A stretch of 64,000 nt of DNA from Trichodelitschia bisporula (Eukaryota). The notes beneath the pieces are model-generated. The model had not been told where the DNA came from and did no database searches. It worked only from the letters and a program-made list of their open reading frames with translations. The translations under genes were made by a program, and so were the position numbers. Below, in pieces: positions 49,758-60,555 of this stretch (position 1 is its first letter; the number at the start of each line of letters is the position of its first letter). The stretch is from contig ML996690.1 of assembly GCA_010356995.1 (NCBI GenBank), positions 809,420 to 873,419 on the forward strand. Direction: 5' to 3'.

Positions 49758-51180
49758 GCTCAAAGGACAGAAAAAGAGCGACTATCAAAAAGACCGTGTC
49801 GGATGCGCCGCAGGACCCAAAAAAGCATCCCGAAGGTGCCGGACACCCAATCCTTATAAGGCGTGCAGGCTGTGCCGAGTATCGCGCAGACCGACGATTG
49901 ATTGTGGGTACGTAACCGGACAAAAATGCTTTCGTCTAGAACGCATTCGCTGCCAATGGGCATCTGCCCCATAAAATGCTCCTCGACAGGATTACTGACC
50001 GAGGCGACGTTTTATGCGAGACGGCGTATAAAGAACCCCCCCCCCCGGACCGCTACATAGGGTAACAAGGCTACCGCACGCGCCAACGGCACGGCGAAGA
50101 AAGCCCCCGATGATGCCAGATCTGTCGACATGGAGTTAAGTATGGGAAATCTGCATATCAGGTTCCAAGATTCGAGATCGGCGGTAGAGTATGCGGGAGT
50201 GATCACTAACAAAGCTTTTCTTGGTTAGCCTTCCGCGACTGCTGTCCTTTACAGACTGCAGGAGTGGGCACACTTGGTTAGCGAAGAGGCTCCGCGGGCA
50301 CTTCACAAAGTTGGTTAGAGACCCGTCATCTCTGCTTGGATGTGGCCTGGAACTTGCGACGAGCCGAGGGCAGCCGAGAGCATCCTGTCAACATTCACGC
50401 TGGTAGCCACATAAAACGGTCGAACCCATCCGCATGGAAGACAGGGATCCGCAGGAACTCAATCGTTCTCCGGATGTTGCGGGTGATCACGAACTTGTCA
50501 CCTGCCACATGTGGCTCCAACATGGGCTCCGGCCTCTGTCAGCTCTCTCCAAGGTCGGACAAAAGACAGGGGAGGTCGCGATCTTCTAGCAGGTTGAACC
50601 AGTTAGTACTGTGCAACAACAACATGGAGTTGACGGCTGTGGGACAACGAAGAACTGGGAACCCCGCTGTGTTGGGTTGCCGGGAATTCCAAGAGCAGAG
50701 CTACTCGATGGTGCCAGCAATGGATACAGTAGACCTGGCGGGATAAAGATTCGACATTTTCTTCCAGAATGAGATGTTTCGCGCAGACTAGGGCAGCTGT
50801 ACCGTCCATGAGCGGAGATTGGCGTTGATGTTGGGGTAATCAGTCGAAAACACCCAGCCCAAGTCGCATTGACCTCGTGGTGTGAAAAAGAGAGCACTGC
50901 TTGACTGGCTATGTCAGCGAGCGATCTCCATCCCGGCATCCCTCTAGCTTGGATGTCGCGATCTGTCAGATTTGCGAAGCAATTTGAAGAAGAGGAGGTG
51001 AATGAAGTTGGTCAACTAAATGCTGAGCAAATGCACGTGACTGTCTCACGTGCATTCGCCCATCACGACGTCACATGCTCAAGCGCCGGGCTCGCCACGG
51101 CGCGTCACCAGTTCCATGGTCTTACAGCGGTAAGCGTCAACACAGCGTAACCCCACAAAATTCTATCACCACCATCCGTT

Positions 51181-52491
51181 ATGGCTCAAAACGGACTTAA
51201 CCCCCCTCCATCTGATCCCGAAGACCCATTTGCGCAGCTCCGCCGCGCCGTTGAGCGGACTATCACCTCTGCCTTCAGTTTCACAGACTCCATCTACCAG
51301 CGTGGTAGTGAGCGAGGCCGGGAGTTGAGCCAACGATATCAACGTCGTGACACTGAGGCCTCTACATCAAATGATTCATCCTCCCGGGACGCTCCCTGGG
51401 ATGCACCCTCTCTCGGCGCACCATGCCGCGATACGCCATCCCTTGAGGGACCTCGAGATCCGGAGCCGGAGCGGGGGGACTTCCTCGGAGACTGGATGTC
51501 AACAATCATGAAAGACCTACAGCAGGGAGAGAAACGGGCAAAAGAGATGTACGAGTGGTGGCAGCAGAAAGCAGAGACCGACATGGCCGAACATAAAGAC
51601 GAGGCTCGACCCGAAAGGAAGGAGTGGGAATCGAGTGCGGACTGGATGAATGCGAAGAAGGAAGTTCAACAAGTGCTACGGGTAGCAGACGAGGCTTTCA
51701 ACCATATGGAGAAGATGGTGAGAGGGCACGGGGGATGGCCATTTGGCCTCGACGGCGACGACGAGTTATTCCAAGCCCTACCGCGCCTTGCCTCTTTGTC
51801 ACTATTCGGCCGTCCCAGTGTTTTCTATGGCCCGGAAGATCTTTCTTCAACGGAGACCGCTGCGGCATATCTGCTCTACAGTCCCTACTCTCCGATCCAC
51901 CTCGAGCGCGAACCAGGTTTTGATACGACATGGCGGAATCGGTTCGAGGATCTGCTACGCGAGCAAAACGGTCAGAATCCTTTGAGCCAACAAGAGATGG
52001 AAGACAGACAAAACAGCTTCCAGGCCGAATGGATAATGCGTGTCGTGGGCCAACTGAGGGACCGCGACAACTTGCGAAACAGCCAGTGCCCGATCACGAG
52101 CGAAACGGAACGCAAATCCGCCTTTTCCTGGAATTCAGGCTCCAAGGAATCGCAAGATTCAGGTCCGGAATCGGAACTCGACATGTACGAGCGCGCGGGC
52201 GTCGCTCCTTCCCCCGAACGTGGCGTCGCAAGGCCGGCAGCTGCACCTACCGATGCTGCGATTGCGAAGTCCAAAATCTTGTCCACACTGACAAACACTG
52301 AGCGCTACACGGCGCCCGATGGAAGCATAACAACCAAGACAACGCTCAAGAGGCGCTTCGCTGACGGCACTGAGGAGACCTCTGAGACGGTGGAAATGAC
52401 TCCGGCAGGCGGACATCGCTCGCAGGGCGACAACCCTCAGCACGTTGCCTCGAACACCGGCAAAGGGAAGGGGTGGTTCTGGTCGAGTTAG
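51181..52491 (+). CDS. Conserved fungal hypothetical protein, single exon (436 aa)
   Basis: Long ORF with good start context; YLLYSPYSPIHLE, WRNRFEDLL, ILSTLTNTERYTAPDGSITTKTTLKRRFADGTEE, terminal GWFWSS resemble a Pezizomycotina family. Confidence 0.8.
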   Translation: MAQNGLNPPPSDPEDPFAQLRRAVERTITSAFSFTDSIYQRGSERGRELSQRYQRRDTEASTSNDSSSRDAPWDAPSLGAPCRDTPSLEGPRDPEPERGDFLGDWMSTIMKDLQQGEKRAKEMYEWWQQKAETDMAEHKDEARPERKEWESSADWMNAKKEVQQVLRVADEAFNHMEKMVRGHGGWPFGLDGDDELFQALPRLASLSLFGRPSVFYGPEDLSSTETAAAYLLYSPYSPIHLEREPGFDTTWRNRFEDLLREQNGQNPLSQQEMEDRQNSFQAEWIMRVVGQLRDRDNLRNSQCPITSETERKSAFSWNSGSKESQDSGPESELDMYERAGVAPSPERGVARPAAAPTDAAIAKSKILSTLTNTERYTAPDGSITTKTTLKRRFADGTEETSETVEMTPAGGHRSQGDNPQHVASNTGKGKGWFWSS

Positions 52492-54870
52492 GGCTGGCCT
52501 TGAGGTATTTTGCTTGTGCCATGGGTCGTGCATTGGAGTATTGGGTACATGTAGCGTAATGACTCTCAATTTTCGAAGGATTCGGCATGGGTGAGGGGGT
52601 GATGCTTTTTGTAAATGGAGATTTCTCCGCTCTCGTTGCTACCAGTATGTGTCCGTGCGAATTGCACGATCACAATCCCGCCATAAAAAGCCAGCCGCAG
52701 CACGCATACGGGCATATCTTCCGTCATAGCGTTTCATCGATTCCGAATCACCAGCGCCCATCACTACTCCCCAGAAGCCGCCCTCCCTGTCTGACCGGTC
52801 ATATCTGCATCCCCACCCCCCGCATCCACCACTATGCCAGTCCACAAACCCGCATCCATGGCACAAACTCCTTCCATCGGCATATCCCTTCTTCCAGAAG
52901 TTCTCCCGCGCTTCCATGCATACATTCCATGCATTACTTCAATGCAAGCCGCCGATTCGACCTGACGTCGGCGTGCAGAACACGAACGGCAGATTCGGCA
53001 CGGACACTCAACCGATCCGCCCGGAAGCATGCCCAGACGTCCGCGCTGCGCTAAGAGTCGATCTAATGTGCGCGATTGCGGCGGGCCTGTGCGCTATTGA
53101 CGTCTGACGGCCAGGTGACGCCGAGTCAAGTCCGTCCTGCCCTATGCGCGCGGCGTCTGCGCGGCGCTGCCCTACCGTACGCGCGCGGAGCCTCTGCTGA
53201 GTTTGGGGGTGGGGGAGATTATCTTACTCGCGGCGACTTGGCGGAGGTTGCAGCCTTGTTGATTGTTGCTGGCGATGGCGGAGGGAGGGGAGAAAGCAGG
53301 CGCGGGGCTGGGGGCTTAGGTGGGCGGGGCTGGCTGTGCTAGGACACGGACCGTGCGGGCGGGAAGATGAGGCGGTGCAAGGAAGGTGATGGCGTATTGG
53401 GGTCTTCTGGCGGGCCTTCTAGCGGCGTTCTCCCGCGCTTCTATGCGGGTGCAGGGTTCGGGGGTTTGGGATGGATTTTGTGATGAACGAGATGAGGCAT
53501 GCGGGGAAGGGGATGATGAAAGGAGTGAGGCTGTTGATGAGGGGAGGAAGTGTTGAATGCTGGATGTGGAAGTCAGAGAGATAGCGAGAGAATTTTAGTG
53601 GGTTGATTGGCAGGTGTTCTTGAGGGAGCGGAACGGTGTCACGACGATCCGCAGAGCGTTTGAAACATCCCCGCGTCTCTCTCCCTCATCATCCCCTCCA
53701 GCAACCTTCAGCATTCCACCCACCATCAGCATGACATCAGCCAAATGACCTCTCCCTCCCCCCTCCATTATCCGTGCATTCCCCTATCACCCAGGAAACG
53801 ACCACTGACTCGTCCCCCACACCCCCTGCTTCTAGAAAACTTCCACGCAGCTTCTAGCGCCCGCATATGCTCGGCACACGCTAACGTCACAGCTTCGCGC
53901 CCACAAGCGCCCCGATGCTGCGGAATAGATAGCCGCTTTCTCAGAGCGAGTCAGGACAACTCTCCGAATGCAACCACTGCGCTGCTCTGAGCAAGCGGTA
54001 CCGCCTGTTGCTATCCCGAACTCTTAGAACACATCCGCAGTCTTAGGGCACATCTCCGGAGTGCGACAGCGCAAAGGCGTCCCAACGAGCAGCCAAAGAC
54101 GCAAGCGCAATCCGCCCCCAAAGACCCAATCCACTTTGGCGCATACGTGAACCACAGCTCAACCACAGCCGGGTTCAACGCGCCCGGTGACGCACAATCG
54201 TCGGTGGCATCGCACGCTAACCCTACCCTCGCCCTTTTACTGTGTAGTCTCCTTCTAGAAGGCCAAAGGAAGCTGGAAAGAAGCGCCCGTGCACGAGCCC
54301 GAAATTGCCCGACCCCGGCCCCCAGTCCAATTCAAGACGCCCCGCCAAGCCGCCAGGTCCCCTGGTCTGCCAAATGCTCTAACAGCCAATCGTCCCATCT
54401 GCACCCCAGAGCTGCCACGAGGCTGAGACCTGCGGGTGACGACGGCGGGTGCGTTGCGATTGTGGGATTCGCGTCTAACGCCCATTAGAGGGAACAGAAC
54501 GGGGTTTCGTGCATGAGACTTGCGCTGCTCGACGGCGATCGCGTTTACTCTATGCGCTGGCAAAAACGGACGGTGCGAATCAAGGTATGGTTCTGTAGAA
54601 CAGGGTTTTTGAATTTCCGTTTGAGGGGCGCAAAAAAGCGCGCCCCGCGCGCTCCCCCAGCCCCGTATCTCTATGTGCACGCCTGAATTGCTCCTCTAGT
54701 CAAGCCTAACGCCGTCTATGGTGTATACCGCAGTCCCAATCCCAGCCCAGTCCTAAACAGCCCGCAGGCATCTGCGCCGTTACCCCCGTCCCCCAAGCCC
54801 GATCATGACGCCGTGCAAATCTAACCAATCCGTCCCAGTCCAAGCGCCACAAACACCCTCACAACCCAGC

Positions 54871-55875
54871 CTACGCATGCCCCGCCCCCGAAGGTTGCAT
54901 CGCAGGACCCTCGTCCGTAAACAGATGCAGCCCGTTCCATGGGTCCGAGTCCAAGCTCTTGCGCTCGAGGAATAGCATCCAGTCCTCAGACTCGCAGGAG
55001 GGAGTCGGCGAGACCTCCCGTACAGCCTCCAATTCGCCGCCCCATTGGATCACACCCTCCGCCTCCAGCTCCAAGAACATTTCAATGCTGACGGGCGAGC
55101 CGGTGTCGGATATCATCTCCAGGTCGCGTAACACGCCGTCATCATCTCCCATGTTCGCCCACATGCGGTCGTCGCCATCGCTTGTGACGGACGACCAATC
55201 GCTCGAGCTCTCCGACACAGTGGCCGCCCAAGTCATCGTTTCGACGTGGAGTTCTGGGTCGGAGTCGCAGTTTTGCTCGGCTATGGCGCTGTCGGATCGG
55301 CTGCGGTGAGAGAACGAGCGCGGGATGCCGCAGTCACGGCCGTGTCGACCGGGGGGCCAGCAGTAGAGGCCATAGCATGTCGAGTAGTTGTCCTCATAGA
55401 GAGGTGCGCTGTTGGGGTGTTGAAGGGGGTTGGTGGCTGAGTCTATGGGGCTTGGGTGTGCCGGTGGTGTCGTAGGCACCGCGGCCCTTAAGTACGCAAG
55501 CACGTCCTCTGGACGGGTGTTGGGTCTCCGTGTGTCCACAATATCAGAAGCGTGGCGGCAGGAGTCAACTGAAAGCCCAAGACCCACGTTGGAGGTGGTG
55601 AAATCGCAGTCGGGTTCGGGGTCCAAGGACGTGACCATGTCGAGTTCGTCGAAGAGGGATCCGGCGGCCCAAGAGTCGGTAGTAGAGTCGAGGACTTCGT
55701 CGATGGTCTGGAGATGGAGAAATGGGGGTTGGAGAGGAGACTGAAGGGAAGACCGAAAGGTTAACGGTGAGACGGGGTGGGAGGGAGGAGCGTGGACTAG
55801 GCGTACAGAGTAGCGCTGTCCGCCCAAGGTTGGCGAGTCCGGCCGGGGATGCTCAAGGTTGAACGAATAATCCAT
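54871..55875 (-). CDS. Hypothetical acidic, Ser/Asp/Pro-rich protein (about 334 aa)
   Basis: 1-kb uninterrupted ORF from MDYSFNLEHPRPDSPTLG with coding-like composition; no recognised domain. Confidence 0.55.
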   Translation of the reverse strand: MDYSFNLEHPRPDSPTLGGQRYSVRLVHAPPSHPVSPLTFRSSLQSPLQPPFLHLQTIDEVLDSTTDSWAAGSLFDELDMVTSLDPEPDCDFTTSNVGLGLSVDSCRHASDIVDTRRPNTRPEDVLAYLRAAVPTTPPAHPSPIDSATNPLQHPNSAPLYEDNYSTCYGLYCWPPGRHGRDCGIPRSFSHRSRSDSAIAEQNCDSDPELHVETMTWAATVSESSSDWSSVTSDGDDRMWANMGDDDGVLRDLEMISDTGSPVSIEMFLELEAEGVIQWGGELEAVREVSPTPSCESEDWMLFLERKSLDSDPWNGLHLFTDEGPAMQPSGAGHA

Positions 55876-58633
55876 TGATGCGAATAGCAAATAGACATGA
55901 ACTGGATGAGAAATATGTTCAGTGCAGATGAGTTATGTCGAAGTTTAAATGCAGATAACATCGGCAATGGGGAATGCAAGGGTTATAACAGAATGCCCGA
56001 CGCACAACGAGGCAAAGGCATCTGTAGCTGTCAGGCTCTAGTGCAGGCAAGCCAAAGCGCCGCAGCCCATGGAGTGAACGAGGCGTTTGGAGCAAAAGCC
56101 TTGATGTTACGGTATGCACGACGACCGTCAGTTTTTCGCATCGTCCTGCAGTGGACAGGGGAGTGAGCCACAAGGCCGGGACACGGACCACGACGCCGGA
56201 CATACTGGAATACATGCCACCTTACGGGCCCCTGCCCCCCACCATCTCAGCCCCGCATGACTTCAGTACGCCTTGACCTCAACGCATACATTAGGAGCAC
56301 AAACCGGAGATATTGTAGAGCTCCTGATGCAGAATGAATGCCTCGATGTCTGATATTGCTTGAGCGTCAGTAACTTCTCGTCGAAAGAACCGTCGGATCC
56401 GAGCCTCCGTCGAGGCTAACCCAAAGTGATGGCCGACCATGAAGGTGGTGTTCCAAATCTTGAATTGTGTTCTCCAAGAGGTTGGTAGAAGAATCCATCA
56501 GCCGAAGCCGTCAAAAACGATCCTTCGACGATAAGGTAAGGAGGCCGTAAAGAAGGTTTCTTTTTCTCCAACTCTGGATCTGCTGCGTCGAAGTGAGCCG
56601 AGTTAAGGCGGAAATCGATATATCATCTTCAGTAGCCTTTGGCCTTGTTGAAGAGCCAATCCGGCAGCAAAGCGGGGAGACTCGGCGCTGATTGGTAGCG
56701 CAGGACACGCCTTCCCACTGGCCAACAACACGGACTTACCGTACAAGTGAACGGTGAGCGACAAACTCGTGGCCACCGCAACTCTCCAGTCTCCACATTC
56801 AGCTCTTCAGGGTTGTACGGGAATCCACGTTCCGGGCGATTTGCACCCAAGATACGGGCCCCCAGGCATTGAAGTCCAGCCTTGGACGTTCGTAGCGGTC
56901 GAGCTTCGATCCTGCATATTCCCAGAAGCGGAGTGGATCAACGGGGTACTCCAGGCGGGTTTATCCAGATGTACGGTGTACAGTGTGCTCATCTGTTCTC
57001 GCTTGACGCGTAAGCAACCCATGCCGCGAGGACTGAGGCCCGGAAAGAAGCTGGGATGTCGAGACTTGCTGTTGCCTATCTGGACCGGGTGCATCATCTT
57101 AAGAAATGGATTATCAAGGATCCTCGCAGGGACAGGATAGTAGCACTGCAGCGGTGAGTGTGGTTGACTGATGGATTGGTGTGTCTGGTTGGAACTGATG
57201 TTCGTCCTGCCGACCCCGCGATCTTTTGAACCGCTAACGTCACACAAAGCGGTACTGGCTTGGCGAGAGGTATGGCGAGCACGTGAATGCTGTAACTCCG
57301 GTAGATGAGCCTTCAGGACCTTATGGAGCAGGCAAAATCTGTGTCAGTTGCATCTGTGAGTCACTGAAAGTGGGAGAAGAAAGTTGGCACAAGCTGTGCT
57401 GATGTTGGTTGTCGTAGGCTCTCCTAGGTGCGATGATGATCGTCAATCAGCTCGAAGGGTAGTATTCCATGGTAGCTTCTGTTCAGAGAAGGACCAGGAA
57501 GCGCATAAGGAGTAAAGAACGATTGGAAGATGTGCTGTTCGAAGCGTGAGTACTCCGTACAAGGCATCTTCTTTATGTTTGCTCTGCGGACGACTCGAAA
57601 AGAAGTGTTGCATAGCTTCAGAGCTTCAAAGCTTCACCGTTTCGTGGGCAACCGGCACCCGGCAGACCCACCTTTCAAACCACATCATTCGAGATGCCCA
57701 AGGCCAGTCAACTCTCAACAGCACGCCCAATTACGGATGTACAACACACAATCAACATACTTGTAGATTCTATAATCATGTCCCTTCCAACCGATGATCA
57801 AGCGTAAATGAATTGCCATCCGACCCTGCCAGCACGCACTGTGCCACTAAAATGACAATCAAAGCCCTTCCTCCAATCACAGCGTCCATATTTGTCAGAT
57901 CCGATTCTCATGGCCCAACCGAAGAGGCTGGACAGCCGCAAGCACACGGCGCAGAGTGCAGGATGAAACGGAAAACACGGAAAACACGGAACAAGACTCT
58001 GGGCATTGCCTTCCACTTGACACCTCAAGCATCGCTTTCCCCTCCCGATAGCAGTACCGTACCCGCGGCCACTTTGTCGTCTGGTGGTGCCATCTTGAAG
58101 CGGACGTATCAGCGTGGAGGGCGAGGGGCTAATCTGCACCAAAAAGACCCGTTAAAGGCAAGGGACAAGGCAGAAGTCGCGCGAAAAATAGAGTCATATC
58201 ACCCCGATGTTGCGCGCGACATCCCTTTCCCCTCCCTCACGCCATTCAACTCGCCCCATATACCGCCCTCCGTTCCTGATAGTGCTGGTGAAACTGTTAC
58301 TGGTGATATAAAGTCCTGCCCTCGAGGCTGGCCCAGGTTTTGCTCTGCTCCTTCCAGTCCCATCCCATCCCATCTCGCTCAAGACTTGCAGCCCACATCC
58401 CCCGCATGTGAAGCAGCCCCACCATTCATCGACCTTCCCCGCGAAACACCACCACTTTTAGTACCCGTTCCCGCTCCCCGCCAACAGCAACCATACCACG
58501 CGACCACACTTCACTAGCCAAGCCGCGACCTCCGACCGCCGACAACAAGGCATTCACATTTACGTCGCCGACATACATAACCACTCCACCCTCGGCACAT
58601 ATTCTTCAACACACCGCACTCCACACATTCACA

Positions 58634-58942
58634 ATGCGTGCCTCCATTCTCCCTCACCTCGCGTCGCGCACCTTCGCGCGTACTTACGCCCACCGCACGC
58701 CTGTCAATCCGCCTCTCTATCGCCTCAAACTCGCTGTCGTTTCTGGCTACCTGATCGGAGCCTTCACTCTCCCGTTCGTGCCGCCGTACCTGGCTAGCAA
58801 GCGCAGCCGCCAGGACGGGACTTGGGCTACTCGGTATGTCCTCGTTCCCTCGGGACCTCATCGCTTCGGCTCTTTTCGTACACTTATTGACTGATTCATC
58901 CGCAGCCCCCCCCTCAAGTTCTCTTATTGCCCACGCTGCTAG
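58634..58942 (+). CDS. Putative 78-aa mitochondrial single-TM microprotein; intron 58834-58905
   Basis: TTCACA-ATG context; Arg/Ser/Ala-rich acid-free N-terminus; one hydrophobic segment; GTATGT donor, CTGAT branch, CAG acceptor; spliced C-terminus RPPLKFSYCPRC*. Confidence 0.6.
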
Positions 58943-59296
58943 AGGAACTCTGGATTGACATGGATCGGCGTTATAGGGAAGACCACATGAATTGCAAGCA
59001 CAACCCAAACCTTGCATTGACGACTGCTTTACTCTTTGATATTTGAGCGGTGGGGATTCAGCATTACGGATGGGGGAAACGGCGTATGGTGCATCACGAT
59101 TGTTCCTCATAGGACGATATCTGTCTAATAGCCATTCTCACTGCCTTCCGCCTTCAACGCCTCGTTACTGCGAAGCGCAAATCGAAAAGGCTTCATACAT
59201 ATTGTACATTGAAGTCTGAATCGCATGTGTCCTCCGTGACTGACAATTGAGAAACGCCCCTGCTCCGTACAGATTTATGCAGCAACTCCATGCACT

Positions 59297-60136
59297 TCAA
59301 ATGCCCCGCCCACTCTCTCTCATCTTCTGGTACAGCCACTTGTTCGTCAAATGCACCGACGCAGTGCTGCGACTCGGGCTCGGCGTGCCAGACAGACTCA
59401 CCTTGGCGTCATCAAGAAGACTGTTCCCAAACGCCGGGCTGCCGCTCGCACTCCACCGCCGTCCACCCTGCATCGCCTTGCGCACCAGCGGACTGCCACT
59501 CCCAGTAAACGGACTCGAGCTCGCCACACGCGGGCGAGGACTCCCCGACCCGCTCTGCCCCAGCGGACTTGCACTGCTGCGATCCCGAGGACTTGTCCCC
59601 GCCATAGCTGCCCGCGAGCTGTCCGTCAGGGGAGTGCGTGTGAATCGAGGAGGTGTGATGTATGTGCTGCCAGGGGTGGCGGGCGCGGACGCCGGGCCGA
59701 GGCCGAGGAGGTTGCGCTGGTTCGGTGTGAGAGGGATGTCGGAGATGTCGTCGGGGGTGCGCCAGAAGGGTGCCAGGGCGAGAACGATGAGCGCGACGAA
59801 GTAGGCGCGGAGGAGGTTGAGGGGGATCGTCGCGACGTAGGTTGGCGTGGGAATCCACGTGCTATGGATGCGATTAGACGTGCCGGAAGAGGGGACGGAT
59901 AGATCATCATACAGGACTGATGTCGGCAGCATGGGCGGCAAGACGAACGTGGAGGCCAGGAACGCGGCGCTCCACGCGATCTGGCGCAGTTTTTGCTGGT
60001 CGAAGGTCGCGGCTTGCTTGCGACGCGCGATTTCGTCGAGCCGTGGATGGCGCCATGTCCCCACGGGTGGTGTCGGAGCTGGCGGAAGGATTTTCGTTTG
60101 CAGAATAGGAGTTGCAGGAGAGGTCATCGTTGCCAT
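59297..60136 (-). CDS. POM34: Pom34-like transmembrane nucleoporin (NPCC family); probable intron 59862-59912
   Basis: TPPVGTWRHPRLDEIARR; two TM segments; DDISDIPLTPNQRNLLGL; YITPPRF; SVHLTNKWLYQK. Confidence 0.8.
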   Translation of the reverse strand: MATMTSPATPILQTKILPPAPTPPVGTWRHPRLDEIARRKQAATFDQQKLRQIAWSAAFLASTFVLPPMLPTSVLYDDLSVPSSGTSNRIHSTWIPTPTYVATIPLNLLRAYFVALIVLALAPFWRTPDDISDIPLTPNQRNLLGLGPASAPATPGSTYITPPRFTRTPLTDSSRAAMAGTSPRDRSSASPLGQSGSGSPRPRVASSSPFTGSGSPLVRKAMQGGRRWSASGSPAFGNSLLDDAKVSLSGTPSPSRSTASVHLTNKWLYQKMRESGRGI

Positions 60137-60555
60137 GGTGGTTGAGTTGGCAGGTCGAGAAAGGGCTGGCGTTTGGTGTGGAGTTGTCGGGTTACAGTTC
60201 GTCGGCTTTGGAGTCAAAATCCTGCGGGTTAGTAGAAATGGCCAAGACGCCGCTTTAAGGCATGCGTTTGACAGACAGTCTGCGTGGTTAGTATGATTAA
60301 CTGTGTTGTTTGCGGGAGAGTTGAGGTTTGTTTGGACGTGAACGAGGACTCGGAACAACTGTTGTTGCTGCACTGCGAACGGGCCACGAGCTAGGGCCAG
60401 GCATCAGGCGCTTGACACCTGGTTCCGCAGGCATTAGTTCTAATCCCAGCCCCCACCACGGACTACATCATCCACCCTCAACACCCAGCACTACTACACT
60501 CCAGCTTCATGCGTAGCTCTTAGCTTCTCTAACTTCTCTCCCCAAGCTTGTCGCC

